Shown: positions 50,201-61,417 of the stretch, piece by piece | Position numbering within the stretch: the first letter of the stretch is position 1 | Layout of the letters: the number at the start of each line of letters is the position of its first letter | DNA from: Mobula hypostoma | Taxonomy: Eukaryota | NCBI RefSeq assembly: GCF_963921235.1 | Contig: NC_086097.1 | Coordinates: 59,522,001 to 59,586,000 of the forward strand | Length of the DNA stretch: 64,000 nucleotides | Reading direction: 5' to 3' | Position numbers and translations under genes: made by a program | Notes under the pieces: model-generated | Database searches by the model: none | The model's input: only the letters and a program-made list of their open reading frames with translations | What the model was told of the DNA's origin: nothing

Positions 50201-50429
50201 AAAGGCATTATCACCAAAATAGCATTTGCTCATCTCAGGAAGGAAAGGTTCTGGCGGAGGCAACATAGAGATGAAGAATTTTTCTGAAGGTACACAACCT
50301 CAAGGCACCATCTAGAACTGCATGGATTAGATATGGAGACAATGGCCCTGTACAAGTGGAAAATGAATGAACAACAGTGACTGGTTACAGCCTGCCCTGG
50401 AGAAAGAAGAGAACATCTGGTGAAACATG

Positions 50430-51628
50430 ACATGAGGAAATCTGCAGATGCTGGAAATTCAAGCAACACACACAAAAAATGCTGGAGGAACGCCATCAAC
50501 TCTGCTCTCAAACGCATCTCTCCCATTTCACACACATCTGCTCTCACCCCATCCTCCCGCCATCTCACTAGGAATAGGGTTCCTCTTGTCATCACCTACC
50601 ACCCCACCAGCCTTCGGGTCCAATGTATAATTCTCTGTAACTTCCGCCACCTCCAACGGGATCCCACCACCAAGCACATCTTTCCCTCCCCACCTCTTCC
50701 TGCTTTCCACAGGGATCGCTCCCTATGTGACTCTCTTGTCCATTCGTTCCCCCCATCCCTTCCCACCGATCTCCCTCCCAGCACTTATCCTTGTTAGCGG
50801 AACAAGTGCTACACATGCCCTTACACTTCCTCCCTCTCCACCAGTCAGGGCCCCAGACTGTCCTTCCAGATGAGACGACACTTCACCTGTGAGTCGGCTG
50901 GTGTGATATACTGAGTCCGGTGCTCTCGGTGCAGCCTTCTATATATTAGCGAGACCCGACGCAGGCTGGGAGACCATTTCGCTAAACACTTACGCTCTGT
51001 CTGCCGGAGAAAGCAGGATCTCCTAGTGGCCACACATTTTAATTCCACATCCCATTCCCATTCTGATATGACTATCCACGGCCTCCTCTACTGTCAAGAT
51101 GAAACCACACTCAGGTTGGAGGAACAACACCTTATATTCCGTCTGGGTAGCCTCCAACTTGATAGCATTAATATTGACTTCTCTAACTTCCATTAATGCC
51201 CCTACTCCCTTTCACACCTGATCCCTTATTTATTCATTTAATATATATTTTTTTTATTTTTTCCCCTTTTTTTTCTCTCTCTCTCTCTTTTTTCTCCCTC
51301 TATCTCTCTCGCTCTAACTCCGGAGGGTGCCTGCTCTCCACCCTCCGGGCTCCCCTCCACCCTTCTCTTTCTCCCCAGGCTTCCCATCCCATGATCTCTG
51401 CCTTCTCCTGTCTGGTATCCCTTTTGCCATTGATCTTCCCAGATCTTAGATCCTCCTGTCTTCTCCTATCATTTCGGATCTCCCCCTCCCCCTCCTACTT
51501 TCAAATCTCTTACTATCTGTTCTTTCAGTTAGTCCTGACGAAGGGTCCTGGCCTGAAACTTCGACTGTACCTTTTCCTACAGATGCGGCCTGGCCTGCTG
51601 CGTTCACCAGCAACTTCTGTGTGTGTTG
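50430..51628 (+). mobile_element. Neptune-type Penelope-like element with inverted tail at its 5' side
   Basis: Inverted tail 50430-50491; then RVPLVITYHP, YPC.RNKCYTC Cys linker, GVIY...C..C.LLYISETRRRL (GIY-YIG) and tail with hammerhead motif. Confidence 0.93.
51530..51567 (+). ncRNA. Minimal hammerhead ribozyme motif
   Basis: tagtc-CTGACGA-a-gggt(cctg)gcct-GAAA-ct-TC-gactg; core boxes intact, ACGU palindrome mutated to ACUU. Confidence 0.65.
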
Positions 51629-52159
51629 GTAAAACATAATCTTTATTGTGTGTTTTGAGTCTAGATCAGATCCATACTGAGAGATTCAAATGACCTTGGA
51701 TTAATTAAGTATAGCATGAAGATGATCTGTGATTTAGAAATTCAAAAACTTGCAATCATCCTGTCTTCTTGTCCAACAAAATATTTTCCAGATTATTCAC
51801 CCCAAGAATCAATCCCTCCTTACCTTACTCTAGCAAATAATCTCCCTGTATTTGCCTTTCTCTCTGAGATTCTGCATCTAAAGAGAATCTTTACAGCTTA
51901 TCTTCCGAAAGTCCAAAACATTTCCTCAACTGGCTGCAACAACATTCTTTTCCCATTCACCATGTACAAATAACAACGGAATGATTTCTAACCTATCCAA
52001 ACATGGACTAACATTAAAACAGCGCCTGTTTATCTCCTTTCTCCAGAAGACCGTAAGACATAGGAGTAGAATTAGACCATACAGCCCATCGAGCCCACTC
52101 TGCCATTTCATCATGGCCCATTCAACCCTATTCACCTACCCTCTCACCATATCCCTTGA

Positions 52160-53533
52160 AATGTAGAACCATAGAAAACCTACAGCACAATACAGGCTCT
52201 TCAGCTGACAAAGCTGTGCAGAACATGTCCTTACCTCAGAACTACCCAGGCTTACCCATAGCCCTCTATTTTTCTAAGTGCCATGCATCCATCCAGGAGT
52301 CTCTTAAAAGACCCTCTCGTTTCTGCCTCCACCACTGCTGCCAGCAGCCCATTCCATGCACTCACCACTCTCTGCGTAAAAAACTTACCCCTGACAGTTC
52401 CTCTGTACCCCCTTCCAAGCATCTTAAAATTATGCCCTCTTGTGCTAGCGATTTCAGCCCTGAGAAAAAGCCTCTGACTATCCACACGATCAATGCCTCT
52501 CATTATCTTGTACACCTCTATCAGGTCACTTCTCATCCTTTGTCGCTCCAAGGAGAAAAGGCTGAGTTTACTCAACCTATTCTCGTAAGGCATGCTCCCC
52601 AATCCAGGCAACATCCTTGTAAATCCCCTCTGCAATGTTTCTATAGTTTCCATGTCCTTCCTGTAGTGAGGAGACCAGAACTGAGCACTGTTCTCCAAGT
52701 GGTGTCTGACCAGGGTCCTATATAGCTGCAACATTACCTCTCGGCTCTTAAACTCAATCCCATGATTGATGAAGGCCAATGCACTGTATGCCTTCTTAAG
52801 CACAGAGTCAACCTGCACAGCAGCTTTGAGTGTCCTATGGACTCGGATCCCAAGATCCCTCTGATCCTCCACACTGCCAAGAGTCTTGCCATTAATGCTA
52901 TATTCTGCCATCATATTTGTCCTACCAATATAAACCACCTCACACTTATCTGGGTTGAACTCCATCTGCCACTTCTCAGCCCAGTTTTGCATCCTATCAA
53001 TGTCCTGCTATAACCTCTGACAGCCCTCCACACTATCCACAATACCCCCAACCTTTATGTCATCAGCAGATTTACTCACCCATCCCTCCACTTCCTCATC
53101 CAGGTCATTTATAAAAGTCACAAAGAGTAGGGGTCCCAGAACAGATCCCTGAGGCATACCACTGGTTACTGGCCTCCATGCAGAATATGACCCATCTACA
53201 ACTACTCTTTCTTTGCCTTCTGTGGGCAAGCCAGTTCTTGATCCACAAAGCAATGCTCCCTTGGATCCCATGCCTCCTTACTTTCTCAATAAGCCTTGCC
53301 TGGGGTACCTTATCAAATGCCTTGCTGAAATCCATATTCACTACATCTACGGTTCTACTCGCATCGATGTGTTTAGTCACACCCTCAAAAAATTCAATCA
53401 GGCTCGTAAGGCACGACCTGCCTTTGACAAACCATGCTCAATATTCCTAATGATATTATGCCTCTCCAAATGTTCATAAATCCTGTCTCTCAGGATCTTC
53501 TCCATCAACTTACCAACCACTCAAGTGAGAATC
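52160..53533 (-). mobile_element. Inner CR1 LINE, 5'-truncated and relatively young
   Basis: ORFs 53105-53380 (MDFSKAFDKVP), 53008-53271 ([13 protein letters not shown]...SADD) and 52252-52992 (246 aa C-terminus). Confidence 0.95.
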
Positions 53534-53991
53534 TGATGCCCAACCAATCAGGAATCTATCAACTCCCGCTTTCAGTATACTCACAGACTTGGCCTCAAAT
53601 GCTGTCTTTTGCAGAGCATTCCACAAAGTCACCACTCTTTGACTAAAAAAGTTCCCTCTTACTTCTGTTCTAAAAGGTTGCTCCTCAATTTTAAGGCTGT
53701 GCCCTCTAGTTCTAGATAATCCCACCAGAGGAAAAGCCCTCTACACATCCACCTTATCTATTCCTTTCAACATTCAGTAGGTTTCAATCAGATCCCCACT
53801 CATTCTTCTCAATTCCGGTGAGAACAGGCCCAAAGCTTCCAAATGCTCCTCATATGTTAACCCGTTCATTCCTGGAATCATCCTCATGAACCTCCTCTGG
53901 ACTGTCTCACATGATAATACATTCTTTCTGAGATATTGGGCCCAAAACTGTTGACAATACTCAAAGTGCAGTCTGATTAGTGTCTTATAAA

Positions 53992-54183
53992 AGAAGAAGA
54001 AGAATAGCCCTTAACTCGGCAGTGGAGTTACCGGGGCACCGTCATGAAGGTGTTTCCGTAGCAAGCTATTCTTGTTTTTATGAGGCCGAGTTGCTAGCTC
54101 GACGCTCAGCCCGACTTGGATTCAAATGCGGGAACCTTCGCTCAGGAGTCCAGTGCTGATATTATTGCGCCACCAAGTGGGGG
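53992..54183 (-). mobile_element. tRNA-derived SINE with (TTC)n tail
   Basis: 13-bp TSD agtgtcttataaa (53979-53991, 54184-54196); head tggtggcgcaat...catttgaatcc; 3' hairpin taactc/gagtta. Confidence 0.88.
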
Positions 54184-54997
54184 AGTGTCTTATAAAGCCT
54201 CAGCATTATCTCCTTGTTTTTATATTTTATTTCCCTTGAAATAAATGCTAACATTGCATTTGGCTTCTTTACCACAGACTCAACCTGTGAATTGACATTC
54301 TGGGAGTCCTAAGTCCCTTTGCAACTCTGATGCTTGAATTTTCTCCTCATTTGGATAATAGTTTGCACTATTGCTCCTTTTACCAATATGCATTATCATA
54401 TATTTCCCAACACTGTATTCCAACTGCCACTTTTTTGCCCATTCTTAAGTCCTGTTGCAATTGCACCACTTCCAGAGGGGGAGTACTACCTACCCCTACC
54501 TAGTTTCTTAATCATCTGCACACTTTGCCATGAAGCCATCAATTCCACTGTCTAAATCATTGTCAAACAATGTGAAAAGTAGCAGTCCCAATATTGATCC
54601 CTGAGGAACACCACTAGTCACTGGCAGCCAACCTGAAAAGGCCCCTTTTATTCCCACTCACTTCCTCCTGCCTGTCAGCCATTCCTCTATTCGTGCCAGT
54701 ATCTTTCCTGTAACGCTATAGGATTTTATCTTTTTAATCAGCCTAATATGTAGCACCTTATCGGATGCCTTCTGAAAATCTAAGTAAATGACATCCACTA
54801 CCCCTCCTTTGTCTACCCTGCTTGTTACTTCTTCAAAGAATTCCAGCATATTTAGAAGGCAAATTCTCCCTTTACAGAAACCATGCTGACTTTGACTTAT
54901 TTTATCATTAGCTTCCAAATACACCGGAACCTCTTCCTTAATAATGGACTCTAACACTTTCACAACCACTGAGCTTAGGCTAACTGGTCTATAATTT

Positions 54998-55628
54998 CGC
55001 AAACGCGAGTCAATCTGCAGATGCTGGAATTTGAAGCAACACACATAAAAGTTGCTGGTGAATGCAGCAGGCCAGGCAACATCTCTAGGAAGAGGTACAG
55101 TTGGCGTTTTGGGCCGAGACCCTTCGTCAGGACTAACTGTGAGAAGAGCTAGTAAGAGGTTTAAAAGTGGGAGGGGGAGGGGGAGATCCGAAATGATAGG
55201 AGAAGACAGGAGGGGGAGGGATGGAGCCAAGAGCTGGACAGTTGATTGGCAAAAGGGATATGAAAGGATCATGGGACAGGAGTCCTAGACAGAAAGAAAA
55301 GGGGGAGGGGGAAAAAAAAACAGAGGATGGGCAAGTGGTAGAGTGAGGGGAACAGAGGGAGAAAAAGGAGAGAGAGAAAAAGAATGTGTGTATATAAATA
55401 AATAATGGGTGGGGTACAAGGGGGAGCTGGGGCATTAACAGAAGTTTGAGAAGTCAATGTTCATGCCATCAGGTTGGAGGCTAACCAGACGGAATATAAG
55501 CTGTTGTTCCTCCAACCTGAGTGTGACTTCATCTTTACAGTTGAGGCCGTGGATAGACGTATCAGAATGGGAATGGGACGTGGAATTAAAATGTGTGGCC
55601 ACTGGAAGATCCTGCTTTCTCTGGCCGA
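54998..55628 (-). mobile_element. Penelope inverted 3' segment
   Basis: Reverse-complement homolog of ~51000-51628, with decayed hammerhead at 55098-55135. Confidence 0.92.
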
Positions 55629-55631
55629 AAG

Positions 55632-56342
55632 AGCCAACTTTCACCCTGCCCTCAAGTTTACCTGGTCCATTTCCAACACCTCCCTCCCCTTTCTAGATCT
55701 TTCTGTCTCTATCTCTGGAGACAGCTTATCTACTGATGTCTACTGTAAGCCTACTGACTTTCACAGCTATCTGGACTATTCCTCTTCTCACCCTGTTTCT
55801 TGCAAAAATGCCATCCCCTTCTCGCAATTCCTCCGTCTCCGCCGCATCTGCTCTCAGGATGAGGCGTTTCATTCCAGGACGTGGGAGATGTCCTCCTTTT
55901 TTAAAGAAAGGGGCTTCCCTTCCTCCACTATCAACTCTGCTCTCAAACACATCTCCCCCATTTCACTCACACCTGCTCTCACTCCATCCTCCCGCCACCC
56001 AACTCGGAATAGGGTTCCCCTTGTCCTCACTTACCACCCCACCAGCCTCCGGGTCCAACATATAATTCTCCGTAACTTCCGCCACCTCTAACAGGATCCC
56101 ACCACTAAGCACGTCTTTCCCTCCCCCCCCCTCCGCTTCCCACAGGGATCACTCCCTACGTGACTCCCTTGTCCATTCGCTGCCCCCCCCCATCCCTCCC
56201 CACCGATCTCCCTCCTGGCACTTATCCTTGTAAGCGGAACAAGTGCTACACATGCCCTTACACTTCCTCCCTCACTACCATTCAGGGCCCCAGACAGTCC
56301 TTCCAGGTGAGGCGACACTTCACCTGTGAGTCGGCTGGGGTG
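55632..56342 (+). mobile_element. Penelope RT C-terminus and linker, cut at the GIY motif
   Basis: ORF 55474-56091 NFHPALKFT...LPFLDL...TDVYCKPTD...YSSSHP...IPFSQFLRLRRICS; YPCKRNKCYTC; stops at CESAGV. Confidence 0.93.
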
Positions 56343-57489
56343 AACCGTGCCTCCGATGCCTTGCTTTATGGTAAAGGTGTAGTCATGTCACAATATAAAG
56401 AGTGTTGGAAGTGAGCATCCCATCGCCTTTGCATCACATTCCCTTACCACTACAGAGAAAAATTATGCACAGTTTGACAGCGAGGCCCTGAGTTTGGTTT
56501 GAGGTGTAAGACATTTCAACCAGTATCTGTATGGAAGAGAGTTTACCCTCATTACTGATTATCAACCAGTAATGGCCATTTTCAATCCACAGAAGGGTGT
56601 TCCACGAACAGCAGCAGTATGAATGTGGAGCTGGGCTCTGCTTCTTGGAAGAACAATTAAAACATCGGATTCAAGAAGATGACTAATCATGGAGATGCTG
56701 ATGGATTGTCCTGTTTATCCTGAGAAAACAGGAAATACATAAAAAATTTTCAAAAGGGGACACTCAGCTTGAAGTATCTCCCTAATGCAAAGCGAAAGTC
56801 TCCTTATTATAGCAAAGATGATCCAAAGGGAAACTAGACAAGACCCCACACTGTCTCAGGTCTACATGGCAACCCAAAATGGCAGGAAAGTACAGCAGGA
56901 ATTCCAGTTCCCCCATTTTACCAGTGCTGGAATGAACTTGTCCTTGACGGGGGTTGCCTTGTGTGGAGATTGAACGTTGTTGTACCATCCAGGCTTGGAG
57001 CTAATGTGTTGGAGGAGCTACATGCCGGTCAGCTATATGTGGTCAAAATAAATGCATTGGCTCAAAGCTTTGTTCAGTGGCATGGGATAGACCAGCAGGT
57101 CGAGGAGTTTGTCATGCACTGTTTGGGATGCCAGCACGTCCAGGAGAAAGGTGCCAGAACTGTCAGAACCTGCTCCTGCATTCCCAGTGTCATGGTTTGG
57201 TCCGAAATCCGCATTCTGGTTCACGGTCCAGTCCGTGGACTCTAGACTCCGGGTCTTCTGGCTGTCCCTGATTTGGTTGGACTTAAACATAAGCACCTGA
57301 TGCTCATCTTGGGGCTGGGAATATAACTGGCCCTGGGATCGAGTATGTTTGCTGGTTGTCTCATCAGTCTCCCTTTAGAGCAACCCACTGGTGGAAGGCT
57401 AGTGCAGTCATCAGGATATGGATTTGACTGTTCTGCAGCCCGCCGAGGTTACTGGCTGCCTTGAGTCTTGGAGCCACCCCAGGCCTAGC

Positions 57490-57655
57490 TCCCTTCCTGT
57501 CCCTTGCCTCAGTCGTTAAGCCAGGCTGTTTGCCGTTACCCTGCGGTTAGTTCTGCCCCTTCCTGTCCCTTGCCTCTATCGGGTAAGTCAGGCCAATTTC
57601 TGCTACTCTGCGGTTGGGTCCATCCCTCCCTGTTCTTGCCTCTGTGGGGGTGAGT
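57490..57655. repeat. Degenerate ~66-bp tandem repeat, about 3 units
   Basis: cccttcctgtcccttgcctc recurs at ~57491, ~57557 and (diverged) ~57624. Confidence 0.7.
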
Positions 57656-57698
57656 GCCGCATCCTGCCCAGGAGTTGCCTCCAATCACCCAAGCCTTC

Positions 57699-58922
57699 AA
57701 GAACCCAAGCCTCGCCACGTCTTTGCCTGGTCTCTTAGGAACCCATGCCTCGCCAAGTCTTTGCCTGTTCTCTTAGGAACCCAAGCCTCTCCACGTCTTT
57801 GCCTGTTCTCCAGGAACCCAAGCCTCGCCACGTCTTTGCCTGGTCTCCAGGAACCCAAGCCTCGCCACGTCTTTGCCTGTTCTCTTAGGAACCCAAGCCT
57901 CGCCACGTCTTTGCCTGTTCTCTTAGGAACCCAAGCCTCGCCACGTCTTTGCCTGTTCTCTTAGGAACCCAAGCCTCGCCACGTCTTTGCCTGTTCTCTT
58001 AGGAACCCATGCCTCGCCAAGTCTTTGCCTGTTCTCTTAGGAACCCATGCCTCGCCACGTCTTCGCCTGTTCTCCAGGAACCCATGCCTCGCCAAGTCTT
58101 TGCCTGTTCTCTTAGGAACCCATGCCTCGCCACGTCTTCGCCTGTTCTCCAGGAACCCAAGCCTCGCCACGTCTTCGCCTGTTCTCCAGGAACCCAAGCC
58201 TCGCCACGTCTTCCCCTGTTCTCCAGGAACCCAAGCCTCGCCACGTCTTCGCCTGTTCTCCAGGAACCCAAGCCTCGCCACGTCTTCCCCTGTTCTCCAG
58301 GAACCCAAGCCTCGCCACGTCTTCGCCTGTTCTCCAGGAACCCAAGCCTCGCCACGTCTTCGCCTGTTCTCCAGGAACCCAAGCCTCGCCACGTCTTCGC
58401 CTGTTCTCCAGGAACCCAAGCCTCGCCACGTCTTCGCCTGTTCTCCAGGAACCCAAGCCTCGCCACGTCTTCGCCTGTTCTCCAGGAACCCAAGCCTCGC
58501 CACGTCTTCGCCTGTTCTCCAGGAACCCAAGCCTCGCCACGTCTTTGCCTGTTCTCTTAGGAACCCAAGCCTCGCCACGTCTTCGCCTGTTCTCTTAGGA
58601 ACCCAAGCCTCGCCACGTCTTCGCCTGTTCTCTTAGGAACCCAAGCCTCGCCACGTCTTCGCCTGTTCTCTTAGGAACCCAAGCCTCGCCACGTCTTCGC
58701 CTGTTCTCTTAGGAACCCAAGCCTCGCCACGTCTTCGCCTGTTCTCCAGGAACCCAAGCCTCGCCACGTCTTCGCCTGTTCTCCAGGAACCCAAGCCTCG
58801 CCACGTCTTCGCCTGTTCTCCAGGAACCCAAGCCTCGCCACGTCTTCGCCTGTTCTCCAGGAACCCAAGCCTCGCCACGTCTTCGCCTGTTCTCCAGGAA
58901 CCCAAGCCTCGCCACGTCTTTG
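57699..58922. repeat. 37/38-bp minisatellite, about 33 copies
   Basis: Unit aggaacccaagcctcgccacgtctt(c/t)gcctgttctc(c/tt), head to tail with no spacers. Confidence 0.98.
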
Positions 58923-59372
58923 TCTGGTTTTGGAGTCCGAGCCTAAGTCAAGACTCAGGTTCTGTGTCCTTGTCCAGTCTCTGGCTCGGAGTCCACGCCC
59001 AGGCTCCTTGTTCCCAGTCCCTCGTCCTGGTCCTACTTCCCTAGCCTAGTGTGTGTTCCTGTCCTAACTCCTTGTCTGTTTCCAGTCCCGTCCCTAACTC
59101 TAGTTCTCTGGTCAAGTCCTGTTCCTAGTACTTCAGTGTCTGTGTCTTGCATTTGGATCTGTTCCCAACGCCCCCACAATAACATCCAGAGTCAACTCCT
59201 GTTACCACCACAGAAGAGACCCCAGAACCTGAGATTATTTGGCAGCCACAAGATTCACCTACCAAGCAGGAAAGACATTATCCCACAAGAGTAAGAAATC
59301 CTCCACACTCTTGAAAGGAACAATTTAAAATTTGCTGTGCTTTGCATGTCTATATAATAGTTGCATTATATA

Positions 59373-59693
59373 TGAGAGGTGATTGATCATTTCGTGGCCT
59401 AAGGTAGAAGGAGTCAATTTTAGAAAACCTAGCACATTTATTTTTCAATTTGGTCCCCTCCTACATTTACACGCTTAGTCCAGCGGTCGTGCAGCATACT
59501 GATCGTGGACCTCCAGAAAGTGCCTACAGCAGGGGTGATTGGTAAGTTTGTGGCCTAGGGTAGAAGGAGATGAGTTATACAGCTCTCGTCACATGCACAT
59601 GCAATTCAACTTTTTGAATGACTACGCAGAAAGTTTGAAGTTAATAATTCATCTCCTTCTACCTTAGGCCACAAACTTATCAATCACCCCTTG
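59373..59693. mobile_element. mariner-type MITE with a third internal TIR
   Basis: TA-flanked; ~40-bp TIRs (ggtgattgat...gtggcctaaggtagaaggag); extra TIR copy at 59531-59578. Confidence 0.9.
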
Positions 59694-59704
59694 TATAGTA
59701 TCGC

Positions 59705-59737
59705 TGTGTGTGTGTGTGTGTGTATGTATATATATAT
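59705..59737. repeat. (TG)n/(TA)n microsatellite
   Basis: tgtgtgtgtgtgtgtgtgtatgtatatatatat. Confidence 0.9.
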
Positions 59738-60009
59738 TTTGTATTGAGTTGGAGTTTATAGCAAAGCAGGGAGGAGTCTTGTGTATTTAATATTTCATTA
59801 ATACTTGAGTATTATTGAAATACATTGTTGGATTAAGTATTCTTTGTTATTTTTGGGTTATATGTAGAACTACGTAAATGGCACAGGTCATTACACCACT
59901 TCATTATAAGTGTGCACCTTACTAAAGTAAGAACAAAGTGGACATGTTATCTTCAGCTCCAAGTTTTTCTTTCAAATAGTTCCACACTTTGGAGTTTAAG
60001 AACATAACA

Positions 60010-60593
60010 GTGATGATCTGAAGGGTCTTTCTGTAAGACATTTGTTAATTCGGAGGGCCAAAGTGATGAGTCCTTCAATGTCGGTGGGCATCTCCTGGGT
60101 CTTCCAAGCACACCAAAAGATTGTGATGGTATGTGCCAGCAGTGCTTCTGCATTCCAGCTGCACTCCACGGCAAGAGTCCTAACTTCCACTGTAGAATCC
60201 ATCACTAAACACCAGACATGGTGCGGGTGAAATAACTGATCTGCTGTCGACTTCATCTTCCTGGATGGACGTTTTCTTGTTTTCTGACTGCTGGGTCAAT
60301 TTCTGGTTCACTCATCCTGTCAGGAAATGTTGAGGAGGCTTGGCCCAAATGCAGGGCAGCAGAGATAATTCAGCAGTGAGTGATAACTTTAATAATAAAT
60401 TGCAAAATAACAAGCCACAGGAGGCCACAAAACAAGAGAGAACAGATACTTAACACAGCTGGAGGGTGGGAGCAATTGGTTGAGGCTGTGTTGTTCATAG
60501 GAGGGAACAAGGAATGAGAGCTGGGTTTCAATAGACTGCAGGTGATGAGTTGGAAATAAGTGGAAGGTGTCTCCTATTAGCGTAGGCCTGACA
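60010..60593 (-). mobile_element. Sushi/chromovirus-type Gypsy 5' LTR (60318-60593) and gag remnant
   Basis: tgtcagg...cctgaca termini; gag-like VEVRTLAVECSWNAEALL...EMPTDIEGLITLALRINKCLTER; decayed MDPA-like start (ttgacccagca). Confidence 0.75.
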
Positions 60594-60914
60594 TTGTCAT
60601 CTCCTTTCTCCATCTCATTCTCTCAGTGTTTGGTGAGGAGACACATTCTCTGAAAAGTGAGAAAAGAAAGGCGTGCAAGGCAATGCTTTTGTGGAATTTG
60701 TCCAGGAGCCATGCAGATTCTCTCAGATAGAACAGTTATTCAAAAGAGGGAAGGAAAATAACATAGTAACCATGCATAGATATTCACTATTTTCTGTTGC
60801 TAGTGCTCGTCCCCTATTATGGGCAATTTATACTGGAAAGACAAAGGGAAGCAGATAATTACATAATTGCTTCAGCTGAACTCTGTTTAGAGATGTATTT
60901 AAATATATGTGCGT

Positions 60915-61290
60915 GGTCATAGAGTAATCGAGCATGCAGCACAAGCATGCTCTTCCGAAACAAGCCCTTCCGACCATCTAATCCATACTGATCTATTATT
61001 CTGGCCAGTCCCATTGACCCCGAACTGGACCATAGCCACCCATACTCCGGCAATCTATGTACTTATCCAAATTTCTCTTAAATTTTGCAGTCAATCCTGC
61101 ATCTACTGTTTCCATTGGCAGCTCTTTCCACCTTCATGCCACCCTCTGGTTGAATACGTTCCTCTTCAGATTCCTCTTACGTATTTCACTTTTAACACTT
61201 AACCTATGACCTCTGGTTGTTCTCTCACCCAAATCTCAATGGAAGGAGCCTGCTTGCATTTACCCTATCTGTATCATATTTTTGTAGGAG
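60915..61290 (-). mobile_element. CR1 3'-end fragment
   Basis: cagcacaagcatgc...gcccttccgaccatc...ggcagctctttccaccttcatgccaccctctgg. Confidence 0.7.
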
Positions 61291-61371
61291 GTGTGCATTC
61301 ATATATTGCGGAACAGATCTATATTAGCACTAACTCTCTTTGAATGGGTGAGAATGTCTTTATCCATGCTT

Positions 61372-61417
61372 ATGTTTGTGTGCGTGTGTGTGTGTATGTG
61401 CATGTGCATGTGCGCAC
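61372..61417. repeat. TG-rich alternating purine-pyrimidine tract
   Basis: tgtgtgcgtgtgtgtgtgtatgtgcatgtgcatgtgcgcac. Confidence 0.8.

Larger units (their letters stand above)
52048..54997 (-). mobile_element. Outer CR1 LINE (52048-52159 and 53534-54997)
   Basis: atcccttga|tgatgcccaaccaatc rejoins; ORF 54658-55272 NYRPVSLSSVVVKVLE...SQHGF...YLDFQKASDKV. Confidence 0.9.
57188..59184 (+). mobile_element. Solo LTR (~2 kb) containing a minisatellite
   Basis: tgtcat...ataaca termini; flanks cccag/tccag; inserted in the Gypsy pol tail. Strand is tentative. Confidence 0.75.
56343..60009 (+). mobile_element. Gypsy LTR retrotransposon 3' half (RNase H, integrase N-terminus, PPT, 3' LTR)
   Basis: PIAFASHSLTTTEKNYAQFDSEAL, HFNQYLYGREFTLITD, LEELHAG...WHGIDQQVEEFVMHCLGCQ; integrase core deleted; PPT aagcagggaggag then LTR 59777-60009 ending taaca. 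Confidence 0.88.

Noticed and set aside
54110..54183. tRNA gene
   Set aside because: Decayed A/B boxes without a full cloverleaf, attached to a tail and TSD: a SINE head.
57699..58922. CRISPR-like array of 37-bp repeats, and long ORFs in several frames
   Set aside because: Units are head to tail with no spacers, there are no cas genes and the context is eukaryotic; the ORFs are by-products of a stop-poor repeat unit.
59996..60256. Domesticated PEG10/RTL1-like gag gene
   Set aside because: Short, deleted and adjacent to its own LTR: an ordinary retrotransposon remnant.
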